Assembly: GCA_963702555.1 (NCBI GenBank) | Contig: CAVPCW010000011.1 | Coordinates: 499,753 to 563,752 of the forward strand | Direction: 5' to 3' | Source: an uncultured Actinomycetes bacterium | GTDB taxonomy: Bacteria > Actinomycetota > Acidimicrobiia > Acidimicrobiales > Acidimicrobilacustridaceae | DNA: 64,000 nucleotides | Shown: piece after piece, positions 62,882-64,000 of the stretch | Position numbering within the stretch: position 1 is the stretch's first letter | Layout: the number at the start of each line of letters is the position of its first letter | The notes under the pieces: generated by a model | The model's database searches: none | The model's input: the letters and a program-made list of their open reading frames with translations, nothing else | What the model was told of the DNA's origin: nothing | Translations under genes and position numbers: made by a program

Positions 62882-64000
<1,119 letters not shown>

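Overview
Very GC-rich, gene-dense, actinobacterial-style chromosomal segment with about 65 protein genes on both strands. I recognised no rRNA, tRNA, CRISPR array, transposase, integrase or phage gene. Positions 1-41 kb form a dense CoA-thioester (fatty-acid / steroid-side-chain-like) catabolic island. It holds 3 AMP-dependent acyl-CoA ligases, 7 acyl-CoA dehydrogenases (including two tandem beta-type/alpha-type sets) and 5 crotonase-fold hydratases. It also holds a double-hotdog MaoC-type hydratase, a DUF35 plus cysteine-less thiolase-like (Ltp2-type) pair, thioesterase II, a family III CoA-transferase, an aldehyde dehydrogenase and several SDRs. The rest of the island is two amidohydrolase_2 proteins, two P450s with one 3Fe-4S ferredoxin, an APH-family kinase and a Liv-type ABC importer. 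Positions 41-64 kb are mixed housekeeping and accessory genes: metF, a heterodimeric ABC exporter pair, an esterase, a KstD-like flavoprotein, an IclR-LLM-SDR-SDR module, mdh, nei/fpg, an SCP2 protein, MarR, DedA, a third P450 and sdhBA. Main hunting results follow. (1) A 17-bp inverted-repeat box (n-TGAC-N6-GTyAG-n) recurs 13 times, 12 of them promoter-proximal across 10 regulatory regions of the island, which defines a compact regulon. (2) A single-chain tandem (double-HTH) TetR regulator is encoded inside the island and is the obvious candidate reader of these often asymmetric boxes. (3) Six independent +1 insertions disrupt five otherwise intact genes (an SDR, a KstD-like flavoprotein, mdh, nei twice, and a 2-hydroxyacid dehydrogenase). 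These are either sequence errors or recent decay. (4) A tandemly duplicated ~51-nt hairpin element fills one convergent intergenic gap. (5) Two unassignable proteins are embedded in box-controlled operons. Many long ORFs in the six-frame track are GC-driven shadow frames and were rejected.
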